A stretch of DNA of 64,000 nucleotides from Eledone cirrhosa (Eukaryota). Below, in pieces: positions 12,001-25,574 of the stretch. The notes under the pieces were generated by a model, which was not told where the DNA came from, made no database searches, and was given only the letters and a program-made list of their open reading frames with translations. How positions within the stretch are numbered: position 1 is the stretch's first letter; each line of letters starts with the position of its first letter. Location: the NCBI GenBank assembly GCA_964016885.1, contig OZ024745.1:43586001-43650000 (forward strand). Direction: 5' to 3'. The position numbers and the translations under genes were made by a program.

Positions 12001-15000
12001 ATGTGTTTCAATTAAATTTGAAAATAACAAAAGATTTAGAGAAGGTAATAAAATAACTAAGTTTTTCATTATGGAGCTGATATTTAGAATGTATCTTAAG
12101 AAAAATTGAAATAAAATTTAAAAATTAGTCTCCAGGCTTAAGACAGACCTTAGACTTTAAGAATCAATTAAATACCTTATCTTTCTTGTTTTCCATAGGT
12201 GCATCAAAATTAATTTAATAATTGTTCACGCTTGTCTACTCTAAGATTTCTTTTGTTTAAGTTTGCATTATATACAAAATATATAATATAGAAAATAAAT
12301 CCAGGCCAGTTTCAAGTGGTTTAGTATCAAAAGAGTTAAATAATACTGCAGATACTAAATAATACTATTATTACTGTTATTGTTTCTACTTTTGGCACAA
12401 GGCCAGCAATTACCCAGTACATTACTGGTACTTTATTTTATCAACCCCGTAAGGATGAAAGGCAAAGTTAACCTCGGCGGGATTTGAAGTCAGAATGGCA
12501 AGGGCCGTAACTCTATGCGTCAAAGCATGGCGTCCGACCCTTTACTGATACTGCCAATTCACTGCCCGTTATTATTTAGTCAGAGAAAAATGAATGGGGA
12601 TTCAAGCATCTGCATGTTGTGCAAGACTGATGAAGTCAATCCAGTCGATGTTGAATTTGAACTTCAAGTAGGAAGGAAAGACTAGAGGTGGGGGTTTCTA
12701 TTTTGAGGAAGAAGAATTACACTAACTTATAGAAGCACTGCATATGTATATTTTGCTGTTACATAAAATATAATTGATGAGAAAAGAGAAGCAGCTTTTT
12801 GGGGCCACAAAAACAAAAATTGCAAACACAGCTCCAGATAAATAATTGATAAATCAATTCAAACTAAACTGACTTCATATATATATATAGTAATTTATAA
12901 AATCTTATAACCTTTATTAGTAAAATGTGATCCTCTGACCTTACTAGTCTCAGAACATGATGATCTAGCCAACTTGTCTTATGCTAGCATGGAGAGCAGA
13001 CATATATAATGGTGATGATGAATTTGTTAGAGCTTATGATATGTAACATAAATAATCTATTTTTCACTTGAACTCTAGTTGGTTGTTAGGTTATTTGTAG
13101 TAAGATGTAAACCTGACATTGCTTATCTCTTCTGCTAACAATATCTCAGACAGGTACTGTTTATTTGGTAATAAGTTATTCATCCAGTTTTGTGTTCTTC
13201 TGTTGTTAACTACAAATAATTATTCAGGCTTTAGATGTAAAGAAAAGCCATTTTGAGTTGAAGCTTAGGTTATCTGCAAGTAAATTTCTTTTTTTTTTCA
13301 TTTTTCTGATATTAAAAAAATTAGGACAGTGAGTAAGTGTAAACAGCAGAATGATGGAGTGAATGCCATACAATAATTTAGCTTTATCCCCCTTCATTCT
13401 GAGTTTGAATCTATGCAATGCTTAATTTGGCTTTTGAACTATTTTGGATCACTAAAATAAGCATTAAAATATACAAGTATCAATTCCATCCTAGAAAATG
13501 CAGCGTTGTGCTCAGTCAAAAGAAAACAATATATCCTAATGTGATATACTAAAATTGATTTGCAAACTATAATTTAACCTATAGGAATATTTCAGTAAAC
13601 TAAAGATTAAATTATACTTCTTGGTGGATTAAACATTTCTTCTCAGACTAACAAGACTATATTTGTGACTTACTATAGATGAATAAGTAATGTTCTGTGT
13701 TGATCTAATAAGAAATATTTAAAATGTTATTAGTTGCATTGTAATATTTTGAACTATTCAATCAATATTTCCTTTCAAAATATAAAATACTGCAATTCTT
13801 GTTACCTTCAAAACCAATATTTCTTCCTAAAAATCGTTTGTATGTGATACTCATTGAGACAAACCAGTTTTGGATGCTCACACATAGCATGGTTATCGTA
13901 GCAAAGTGTCATATATTAGAAACGAATGTTTATCTTTATCAAATATGCATGAAAGAGGTTCCATATTCTTTTAAGCAAAGTCTACAGCTATTGAATCACC
14001 ACCCTGTTTTCTGGAGAAAAAACATTTCCTTATTTTTTTAATGTGTGACCAATTTTATTATTTGTATAAGGTGACTCTTCAAATATTTCATTCAAATTCA
14101 ATATCTTTATGTAGTTGCTGACTGCATCATGCATGTTAATGTTAAGTTGTGTATTGTCAAAGTGTTTGTTTACAATGCATTTCACATGTATCATGCATTA
14201 TATTCAACTCAGTATAGTCCTACACTATAACCATAATTTCACTGTACAAGGGTAATGTAGCAAATATACTCCTTTCTGCTCTAATGTCCTGATTATTTAA
14301 TTGGTTCTACATTTGTTTTAAACTTTTCATAAAATAGAATAGTAGATAAATTTGTTTGTTTGTTTGTGGCACAAAATATTGTTCATTGTCTTAATAATCT
14401 GGTTTATAACTTGAAGTCAAGTTATTCTGCTCATTGCTTAGTCAAATGTTGTTCCTAAGAGGACTGTTCTTCAAACTTTTCATTTTTTTTCAGAGAAATG
14501 TGAAGAATTATATGTAGTTTATCTGCAGTGGAATGATCTCATTTGTGTTAAACTGTTAATAAAGCTAACTTTGTCTTAAGCTAATTATTTGCTATTTTCA
14601 TGATTTCTCTCAGATTTTAACTTCTATACAAACTGTGTGAGTTTAAAAATGAACCAGTACAAGCTAATTTCAATCAGGCAGTGTGCTTCCTAATCTTGCT
14701 TGATAGACTATTAAAAGGAATACCCTAACATGCCAGATAAAAACTATACTTAATGGTGCTAATTATATGATCACCATATATATAAAACATGTTAGATGGT
14801 TATATTGGTGCCACAATAAAAAGCATCTAGTCCACACTGTAATGTGGTTGGTGTTAGGAATGGCAACTCGCTGTAAAAAACCAAACCAGAAACAGTTCCG
14901 TATGAGCAAGACACATTCACCTGACCAGACTTGTCTCAAAATGTGACAACCCACCTAACCCATGCAAGTATGGAAAGTAGACATTAAACAATGATGTTGA

Positions 15001-15119
15001 TGATGATGGTGTATGTGTATATATAATATATTATTTAGTCCACTTCATGCCTATTGGCACTTGGGATGATTTCAAGAGATGTCCACCTAACCTTATTCTC
15101 TGCCATTTTGAGGGCAGAG

Positions 15120-15500
15120 ACAGGGCAATGAGATGTGAGCCTTGAGTGAAGAAGATTTGTGGTGGCTAAAAACAAATAAGACATGCTTGCTTTGTTGGAT
15201 GTGTAATGTTAGTATGCCTCAACAACAGAGCACAAGTGAACTGAGAGAAAAGTTGAGCATAAAACAAATTGAATGCACATGCAAGAGAGATTATTGTGTT
15301 GATATGGTCGTGAGATGTGTAAGGAAAGAGTGAAAGTTGTCTAAAAAGTGCTTCAAATGGATGGAACCTGTGGAAGAGGGAGATCTAGGAAGACATTGAA
15401 TAAAGTTGTAAAAGATGAAGGAGATGACACAGGACTAAGCTGATTGGCAATATGCTATAATACAAAAGACCCATCTAGTAGTACAAGCACTTAGACAGTA
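15120..15500 (+). mobile_element. Old degenerate RTE fragment
   Basis: LSEEDL..L..CWMCNVS....STSELREKL aligns with the RTE ORF C-terminus. Confidence 0.7.
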
Positions 15501-15648
15501 AAAGTAAATGTAAACATGAGAGACTGAAGGCTTGAGAGTTGGTGTTTGAACAGAGATAATATAGGGTTTGAGAAGACTCTTCAGTCTGGTCAAGCATGAG
15601 ACAACCTCTCTTGTACTGATGCCATGATAAAATGCACCCAGTTCATAT

Positions 15649-15684
<36 letters not shown>

Positions 15685-16019
15685 GACAGTCGATTGACTT
15701 TCGTCAAATCGAACCGAGGAAACAATGTTTCCATTGGTCTTTCCAATTGCTAATACTATCTATCGGTTGCAACTCCAGGTAGAAGGAGCAACGTGAAATA
15801 AAGTGTCTTGCCCAAGGACATAACGCATCGCCTGGTCCAGGAATCGAACTCACAACCTGACGATTGAGAGTTCAATTCTCTTACCACTCAGCCACGCGCC
15901 TTCACTTTAGAATATATATATATGTAAAATATGTAAATGGTAAACAGAAATAACAACACAATCGGTACAGTATATGGAAGGTATATATTAGGTTAACGCT
16001 TGATATAGCAGGAAGAAGG

Positions 16020-16055
16020 TCTTAATGTTTCGGACGCTAGTCCTTCATCAGAAGA
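16020..16055 (-). ncRNA. Ultra-minimal hammerhead-like motif in a Penelope-type remnant (~15925-16135)
   Basis: tctt-CTGATGA-a-GGAC tagc GTCC-GAAA-ca-TT-aaga. Confidence 0.55.
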
Positions 16056-18425
16056 AAGAATGAGAAATAAAGATAGATTGAGGGGACGGGTGGGATGGAA
16101 TTGGAAAGAATGTCTTTAGATAAAAATAACAGGTCCATTCATGTATGTGTGTTTGTACATATATATATATATACACACATACAGTGCTCTGTATATCCCA
16201 GTTTTTAGAATAAGCATACGGTATCCATGCATGTCGTAAGATGCAACTAAATGCGTTGGAATTAAGAAGAGCATCTAGCTGTAAAAAAGTTTCAAAACAA
16301 CACACCCAACCATAGATAAGTGGACATAAAAATGATGACATTGATGATACACATATACACACAGTGTGGAGAGTATCATATATACGCTCGTTTTTTTTCC
16401 CCCATTCATATAAATGATGCTCTAACTTGTCTGGGTAACTAAATACTCACATATGCACACATTTTTGTAACCAAATAGACTGGCCTTACACACAAAATAT
16501 TGGGTTGTGTTTAAGTGAAAATTTCTTCTGCTTAAGCTTCTTAAAATGTTGCTCTCTTATTTCTCTTATACCAAATATTTTCCAACGACTCTGTTTTGCT
16601 TTCTTTCTTTCCACTCCCATTTAGAATGGAATGTTTTGTAATCCTTTACTCTTGGTCTGCATGACACACATTTCAATTTTACATTTTCTATTCTTAAAAA
16701 TTATTTTTTTCAGTCTTTCAAAAGAAGACATATTAGTTAATCCAAAGAAGGAACAGAATATTGTTTTCAACATTAAACCTTAAGCTGCTGTTGGATGCTT
16801 TTTTTTTTCTCAACCTCCTCTCCAACCCTAATCTAAATAATTGACCTTGAAGTATTCTATTGAACCTCCTCAATGTTTGGCTTGTTTCTTCTATCATCTA
16901 TCTGCTGCAGAAGTATTATCTTCTATATTTAGTTCCTTTTTCTTTATAATGCATTTAAATTGAGAATAATAAACCTTTTCATTAGATAGGTAACCTTATG
17001 ACGGGATAGTTGTAGAAAATGGATTTTGTTTTCTGCTTTTTCTGCTTGTCATGGCATGTCTGATTATATCTGCAACATGTTTCTGTTCATTTCGGCTTTC
17101 TTTTATTTCCTGTATTATATTATTTCATTAAATATAATATATTGTGTATTTTTTATTTGATTACTTTATGTTGAGTTCAGTGATATTTTATTTTTGTTGC
17201 ATTTCCATCACTATTGTTGATTTAGCTTTTCTTTTCTTTTTTTTTCCAAACATGAGGGTAAGCAAGACATCATTCATATTCCAAGCTATTAAAATTCTAA
17301 AAGTTATATTTTGTCACTTATATGCAATCATATTTTTTTCATCTTCATAAAAATATGAATTCTAAATTAAATCTTTTTTTTCTCTATAAATGACTAAAAA
17401 TAATCTTTGTATGAAAAGCTTTTACTGGATGAGATTCCCATCTTTAATTGAAATCAGCTTGAATATCAAATTAGAGTATTGCAATAGCAAGGATATTAGT
17501 AAATAATTTGATACTATAGTAACTTTGTTCAAGCTCCTATTTTGACTATATCTGTTTAATTAAGTGCAAAAGGAAATTATAAAAATATTTATTTGTATTT
17601 GTTCTTCTTGATTTTTAAAGTTATTCTTGATTAGATATATTCTAGATAGTATCTATTCTATGATGTTCTTTTACTGATAACCTGTCTTGATGTGATATTT
17701 ACAATAGTTACTTTTATTTAGTTTTAATGAAGTAACTCTGTCCAAGTACGTTATAATATACTTTTGTTTGGTAATGAAATAATGCGTTGTTTAACTCTTT
17801 AGCATCTAAAATGATTGTATCCAGCCAGAATTCTCTCACCCCTTTCTGTTCAAACCAGCCATAATTGATCTTGCATACTGCTAAAAAAAAAAAAACATCA
17901 AAATCTAATATATTCGATATACCATAGTATATATAGAGTAATGTAAATGTTAAAGGGTTAATTATGAAAACAGCAGAAAATATAACACTTTTAGGTGAGA
18001 ATTCATCTCATGTACTCAGTTACCAGCCCCTATATATAAAAACATTAATATCACTCTCACTATTTGTAAGTAAGTATACATTAGTATAATGTATCCTGTA
18101 GCATCATCTAATGTATAATTATGTTGCTTATTTGGATTTGGGGATTGCCTAAATTATATTTTTATTTCTCAGCAACATTACAAGATCATGCTATTTATTT
18201 AAAGGTATACTTGGATTGTTCCAATTTCCAATTGGCTGAGAACAATGAAATGTTCATTGCAGAATGGTTTATTTAATTATTTTTTATGTTGTAGTCTTAT
18301 TCTTAATTTTTATTGATTTTCTTTTTATTTGTGTTTGTTTAAATTTTGTTTCTTAAATGTCAATTTCATTGTAAATTGTTTCAGTTACATTTTTTATTGA
18401 ATGTTTCTGTAGCTGAATAATTGTA

Positions 18426-18499
<74 letters not shown>

Positions 18500-18506
<7 letters not shown>

Positions 18507-18987
18507 GAATATAAAATGAAAGTGCTTTTATAAAGGAATTTATTAGGTATTGACATATGTTTCTGTAACAGACGGAATACCTATGTATCGCTGCTTGCGT
18601 AATCATATAATATTAGCACGTAATCGATAGCAAATGTATAATCAGTTGTCACTTTTTCAGAGATATTGGATCAATTCAATTTGCTGGCAAATCAATTTGC
18701 TGGTAAACAGTGTTTACCAGCAAATTGAATTGCCACCTGTCATATACTTTCCCCTCTCCTCTTCATTTCTTACGACTAATATAAATACTTTGATTTTTCT
18801 GATTTTTTCCAATTTATCCAATATCTCTGAAGAAGTGACAACTGATTATACATTTGCTATCGATTACGTGCTAATATTATATGAGTACGCAAGCAGCGAT
18901 ACATAGGTATTCCGTCTGTTACAGAAACATATGTCAATACCTAATAAATTCCTTTATAAAAGCACTTTCATTTTATATTCATCTTTT
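18500..18987. repeat. Foldback inverted repeat with 172-bp arms and a nested hairpin in the spacer
   Basis: 18500-18671 versus 18816-18987 differ at about 2 positions; arms contain CTGAAGA...GAAACATATGTC. Confidence 0.92.
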
Positions 18988-19097
18988 CTACATTTTCTCC
19001 GGAATATAATTTATACTCGTTGAGCAAACCTACACGTACGCTGTTCATCTCTAATGTGATGATATATTATCACTACATTATTGATAACTTGAAATTT

Positions 19098-19140
<43 letters not shown>

Positions 19141-19162
19141 AGTGAAAAAAAAATCATGTTAT

Positions 19163-19207
19163 ATAAGGAAAATGATAATTTTAAAAAAGGGTTTGCAAAA
19201 CACACCT

Positions 19208-19255
<48 letters not shown>

Positions 19256-19467
19256 ATCATTATAAGTACATGTATAAAAAACTGATGTTAGCAAAGCCTG
19301 ATTTCTCCGTTTTTCATTGAAAATACTGCCTGCTGATTTCCGACCACATTTAACCTAATAAAAAATGTTTTGAAGATTCAAAACATGGAAAGCAAGCTTT
19401 ACTAACATGAATTTTCTTATATATATATACCAAGGGTGTTTTGAACACCCTTTTTTATTACCAATTT

Positions 19468-19472
<5 letters not shown>
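19163..19472. mobile_element. Degenerate MITE-like element with inverted ends; related fragment at ~60224-60310
   Basis: TAAGGAAAATGATAAT..AAAAGGG..CAAAACAC / GTGTTTTGA..CCCTTTTTT..TTTCCTTA. Confidence 0.55.
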
Positions 19473-19527
<55 letters not shown>

Positions 19528-19583
19528 AGCTTCTACAGGACTAGTACTGTTTCATTCAGATGAAATCTTCAGGAAGCTTCAAG

Positions 19584-19634
19584 AGCTTCCTGAAGATTTC
19601 ATCTGAATGAAACAGTACTAGTCCTGTAGAAGCT
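19584..19634 (+). ncRNA. Hammerhead motif in a perfect foldback (mirror copy 19528-19578 on -)
   Basis: AGCTTC-CTGAAGA-tTTCatctGAAt-GAAA-CAG tactagtc CTG-TA-GAAGCT. Confidence 0.7.
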
Positions 19635-19720
19635 TCTTCTATAAAATAAAAAAATTTTACTCTGCCATGTATTGAGTACCTTACTTACTGTGGTTATCCC
19701 CGACTCAACCCGGGACCTAC

Positions 19721-19756
<36 letters not shown>

Positions 19757-19797
19757 ATGATATTAATAAATGGCAACAATATTTATTAAACCATATT

Positions 19798-19858
19798 TAT
19801 TCTATTATATATATTTCAAGGGTACCAAAACTTTGGCACGCTCTCATCAGATAAAATA
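19798..19858 (-). ncRNA. Type I minimal hammerhead motif
   Basis: tattttat-CTGATGA-GAGCGTGCCAAA gt TTTGGTACCCTT-GAAA-tATATa-TA-atagaata. Confidence 0.78.
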
Positions 19859-20053
19859 CAAAGTTTGTTTTATGAATATTGACATATCCAGGAACGAGAC
19901 CTTCATAGTTCAAGTTTTACCTGGATAGGTAAAACTTGAACCATGTTTAAAATATATATATATTTATTTTGTTCCTTTACCAGTTTCGCAGTTCTTCTGC
20001 TTTTCAAAAGTAGAGTTGAGATGGAGGGTCTGTGGTTTTTCTCATATGTATAT

Positions 20054-20115
<62 letters not shown>

Positions 20116-20128
20116 GTATATATATGTA

Positions 20129-20259
<131 letters not shown>

Positions 20260-20260
20260 G

Positions 20261-20349
<89 letters not shown>

Positions 20350-20456
20350 GTATGTATATATATATATATGTATGTATATATATGTATATATATATGTATA
20401 TATGTATATATATGTATATATATATATATGTATATATATATGTATGTATGTATGTA

Positions 20457-21313
20457 TCATCATCATCATCATCAGGTTTAGCATCCGTGTTCCACGCTTG
20501 CATGGGTTTGGACGGGGGTTTTCCCACTTGAGGCAAGAGTGGTTGTCTTGCTCGCATAGGACTGTCTGGCGGGTTTTCTACAGTTGGATGCCCTTCCTAA
20601 CACCAACCACATTTACAGTGTGGGGCTGGGAGGTTTTTACCGTGTTGCCTACACGGCCACATTACAGCGTGGACTGTCTGGCGGGTTTTCTACAGCTGGA
20701 TGCCCTTCCTAACACCAACCACATTTACAGTGTGGGGCTGGGAGGTTTTTACCGTGTTGCCTACACGGCCACATTTACAGCGTGGACTGTGTGTTTTTTA
20801 TCGTGACACCTACACGATCTCATTTGTTTCGGCCTGGATGTTGTGGGACCAACATAACTTTACATTGAAAGGGGCGGTGTGGGTGGGGTGGAGGTGGTGG
20901 GACGGGGGTGTGTTTTGATAGAGGTGCCTACTGACTGTAGTAGGTTTTTACTTTGTATTTAGGTAAGGCGGGTCTTCTCTATTACTGAGTACCGCCAAAG
21001 GTCTCGGTCCAGTGACATTGTCTTGGAGAGGTGTAAGCGTGTGAGGTCGGAATTTATCAGCTCGTCCCATGTTTTTCTGGGTCTGCCTACTCCGTGGCTA
21101 CCGTCTATCTTTATTGCCCTGCACTTTGTTATACAGCTGTCGTCTTTCATGCGCATCACGTGACCGTACCAACGTAGCCTTCTCTCGAGTAAACAACATC
21201 TGATCCCTCTTATTTCTAATTTTTTCCTTAGTTCGTTTATGCTTTGCCGTTCACGTATATTACTATTGCACATCCAGCGGAGCATGCAAGCTTCGTTCCT
21301 CTGCAAGCTTCGT
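20457..21313 (-). mobile_element. RTE LINE 3' fragment with ~112-bp tandem duplication in the 3' UTR
   Basis: ORF 20959..21306; block 20559-20670 repeated at 20671-20783; (CAT)n tail. Confidence 0.93.
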
Positions 21314-21362
21314 TTGTATATATATATATGTATGTATGTATGTATGTATATATATATGTATA

Positions 21363-21398
<36 letters not shown>

Positions 21399-21634
21399 TG
21401 TATGTATGTATATATATATGTATGTATATATATATGTATATATATATATATGTATGTATATATATATGTATATATATATATATGTATGTATATATATATG
21501 TATATATATATATGTATATATATATATGTATGTATATATATATGTATATATATATATATGTATGTATATATATATGTATATATATATATATGCATATATG
21601 TATATGTATATATATATATATGTATGTATATGTG

Positions 21635-21671
<37 letters not shown>

Positions 21672-21721
21672 AATAAAGTTAAATAAAAGTCAAATGATTA
21701 AAATTTAGCTTTGTTTATTAC

Positions 21722-21772
21722 TGCTATATATATTTCAGTGACAGCCATCTTTGGCTGTGACCTCTTCAGGCA
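21722..21772 (-). ncRNA. Type I minimal hammerhead motif
   Basis: tgc-CTGAAGA-GGTCACAGCCA aaga TGGCTGTCACT-GAAA-tATATa-TA-gca. Confidence 0.72.
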
Positions 21773-21957
21773 CTTTGAATTAGTATGGTATATACAAGTA
21801 CATATGTTGTTGAGGTGTATAATATTGTCAATACTCTGATATGCCCAGTTCCTTGTTGGGTTATTATTTCACTGAGGAACCCCCCACTCTCCTGAGCATG
21901 AAATTAATAAACATTTATTGTACTGCCTCTCTGTTTTGTCCCTGTTCAAATTTTTTC

Positions 21958-21995
<38 letters not shown>

Positions 21996-22014
21996 GTATA
22001 TATATATGTATATA

Positions 22015-22117
<103 letters not shown>

Positions 22118-22136
22118 GTATATATATATATACATG

Positions 22137-22194
<58 letters not shown>

Positions 22195-22196
22195 TG

Positions 22197-22245
<49 letters not shown>

Positions 22246-22251
22246 GTATAT

Positions 22252-22369
22252 ATAGGAACGAGTAAGACCCCGGCGGCTGAGCTCAAGCCGTTTTGACAGC
22301 TAATTCTGGACTCAGAATTAGCCGTCGAAACGGCTTGAGCTCAGCCGCCGGGGTCTTACTCGTTCCTAT
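22252..22369. repeat. GC-rich foldback hairpin (~57-bp arms, 4-nt loop) followed by a Penelope-type flank to ~22450
   Basis: Near-perfect palindrome; an inverted piece of the flank recurs at 23110-23146. Confidence 0.9.
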
Positions 22370-22628
22370 TACCCACTCTACTAGCCTAAGTATTGAGTAC
22401 TTTGGTGTGTTATGGTCCATCTGGTTCCTTACCACATTTCCTTCGGTTTATGTATATATATGTATATGTATATATATGTATATGTATATATATGCATATA
22501 TATGTATATGTATATATATGTATATATATGTATATGTATGTGTATGTATATATATGTATATGTACGTATATGTATATATATGTATATGTATGTATATATA
22601 TGTATATGTATATGTATATATGTATATG

Positions 22629-22659
<31 letters not shown>

Positions 22660-22690
22660 CTATATGTATATATATATATGTATATATATG

Positions 22691-22721
<31 letters not shown>

Positions 22722-22962
22722 GTATATATATGTATATGTATATATATATAGGTATATATATGTATATATATATATGTGTATATATATATATATGTATATA
22801 TATATGTGTATATATATATATGTATATATATATATGTATATATATATATATGTATATATATATATGTATATATAAATATATGTATATATATGTATGTATA
22901 TATATATATATGTGTGTATATATGTATATATATATATGTGTGTATATATGTATATATATATG

Positions 22963-23025
<63 letters not shown>

Positions 23026-23158
23026 GTATATATGTATATATATATGTATATATATATATGTATATATTTTTTTATATTTATGTATATATATATATATATA
23101 TGTATATATAACGAAGGAAATGTGGTAAGGAACCAGGTGGACCAAAAAAAATATATAC

Positions 23159-23268
<110 letters not shown>

Positions 23269-23285
23269 GTATATATTTTTTTATA

Positions 23286-23346
<61 letters not shown>

Positions 23347-23369
23347 GTATATATTTTTTTATATTTATG

Positions 23370-23400
<31 letters not shown>

Positions 23401-23415
23401 GTATATATATATATG

Positions 23416-23469
<54 letters not shown>

Positions 23470-23565
23470 TGTATGTATATATATACATAAATATATATAT
23501 ACATATATATATATACATAAATATATATATACATATATATATACATAAATATATATATATATATA

Positions 23566-24840
23566 TCATCATCATCATCAACGTTTAACGTCCATGTTCC
23601 ACGCTTGCATGGGTTTGGACGGGGGTAGTCCCACTTGAGGCAAGAGTGATTGTCTTGCTCGCATAGGACTGTCTGGCAGGTTTTCTACAGTTGGATGCCC
23701 TTCCTAACACCAACCACATTTACAGTGTGGGTCTGGGAGGTTTTTACCGTGTTGCCTACGCGGCCACATTACAGCGTGGACTGTGTGTTTTTTTTGTCGT
23801 GACACCTACACAATCTCATTTGTTTCGGCCTGGATGGCGCGGCACCAACATAACTTTACATAGAACGGGGGTGGTGTGGATGGGGTGGGGGTGGTGGTGG
23901 TGGGACGGGGTGTATTTTGTTAGAGATGCCTACTGGCTGGAGTAGGTTTTACTATATATTTAGGTAAGGCGGGTCTTCTCTGTTACTGAGTACCGCCAAA
24001 GGTCTCGGTCCAGTGACATTGTCTTGGAGAGGTGTAAGTGTGTGATGTCGGAGTTTATCAGCTCGTCCCAGGTTTTTCTAGGTCTGCCTATTCCGTGACT
24101 ACCGTCTAGCTTTATTGCCCTGCACTTTGTTATACAGCTATCGACTTTCATGAGCATCACGTGTCCATACCAACGTAGCCTTCTCTCGAGTAAACAACAT
24201 CTGATCCCTCTTATCTCTAATTTTTTCCTTAGTTCGTTTATGCTTTGCCGTTCACATATATTACTGTTACACATCCAGCGGAGCATGCAAGCTTCGTTCC
24301 TCTCTAGTCTGCATATATCCTCTGCACACAATGCCCAGGTCTCACTGCCATGCAACATTGCTGTTCGTATGCAGGCATCGTACAACCTGCCTTTCATTTT
24401 TAGGGAAAACCCTTTAGCAGCTAATAGTGGTATAAGCTCTCTGAACTTTTTCCAACCAGTTCTGACTCTAGCTACAGTACTTTCAGAGCACCCTCCCCCA
24501 CTGCTGATTTTATCGCCCAGGTAACGGAAGCTGTCCACTATTTCTATAGAACCCTCTGCGCAATTGAAAGAGCTAGTATTTTGTGGGCACTTGCTGCTAC
24601 TTATTGCACCAGAACACTGGCCACATGTAAAATCTATGTTCTTAGTTAGCTTACCTGTGATCCCACTACATCTTTTATGCACCCATACTTTGCATTTAGG
24701 ACATAAAATGGAGTTTCTACCTACGCCTTTCCTACACACCGAGCACGACCATTTCCCAGAAGGGACTGCCGCCTTGTTTTCTTTCCTACAAACTAGAACT
24801 TTGGTCTTAGCCAGGTTAATTTTAAGTCCTTTTGACTCTA
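23566..24840 (-). mobile_element. RTE LINE 3' fragment, same family as 42210
   Basis: ORF 23960..24874 nearly identical to 42450..43670; (CAT)n tail at 23566. Confidence 0.95.
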
Positions 24841-24850
24841 TATATATATA

Positions 24851-25336
24851 CTGATAAATTCCGACCTCACACACTTACACCTCACCAAGACAATGTCACT
24901 GGACCGAGACCTTTGGCGGTACTCAGTAATAGAGAAGACACGCCTTACCTAAATACAAAGTAAAACCTACTACAGCCAGTAGGCATCTCTAACAAAATAC
25001 ACCCCCATCCCACCACCCCCACCCTATCCACACCGCCCCTTTCAATGTAAAGTTATGTTGGTGCCACAACATCCAGGCCGAAACAAATGAGATCGTGTAG
25101 GTGTCACGTCAAAAAACACACAGTTCACGCTGTAATGTGCCCGTGTAGGCAACACGGTAAAAACCTCCCAGCCCCACACTGTAAATGTGGTTGGTGTTAG
25201 GAAGGGCATCCAGCTGTAGAAAACCCGCCAGATAGTCCTATGCGAGCAAGATAACCACTCTTGCCTCAAGTGGGAAAACCCCCGTCCAAACCCATGCAAG
25301 CGTGGAACACGGACGTTAAATGATGATGATGATGAT
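24851..25336 (+). mobile_element. RTE LINE 3' end, head-to-head with the 23566..24840 copy
   Basis: Matches 43569-44060; (GAT)n tail. Confidence 0.93.
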
Positions 25337-25384
25337 ACATATATATATACATATATATATATACACATATATATATATATATAC

Positions 25385-25438
<54 letters not shown>

Positions 25439-25460
25439 GTATATACATATATATATACAC

Positions 25461-25493
<33 letters not shown>

Positions 25494-25574
25494 CATATAT
25501 ATATACATATATATATACACATATATATATATGTATATATACATATATATATACACATATATATATACACATAT

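Noticed and set aside
14614-14636. ttctctCAG|ATTTTAACT... candidate microexon
   Set aside because: The good donor (GTGAGT) gives 23 nt and a frameshift; the in-frame donor is poor.
17221-17264. Polypyrimidine tract followed by GAG-G-GTAAGC as a microexon or recursive site
   Set aside because: AG and GT are separated by 1 nt, so it is neither an AG|GT ratchet point nor a frame-preserving exon.
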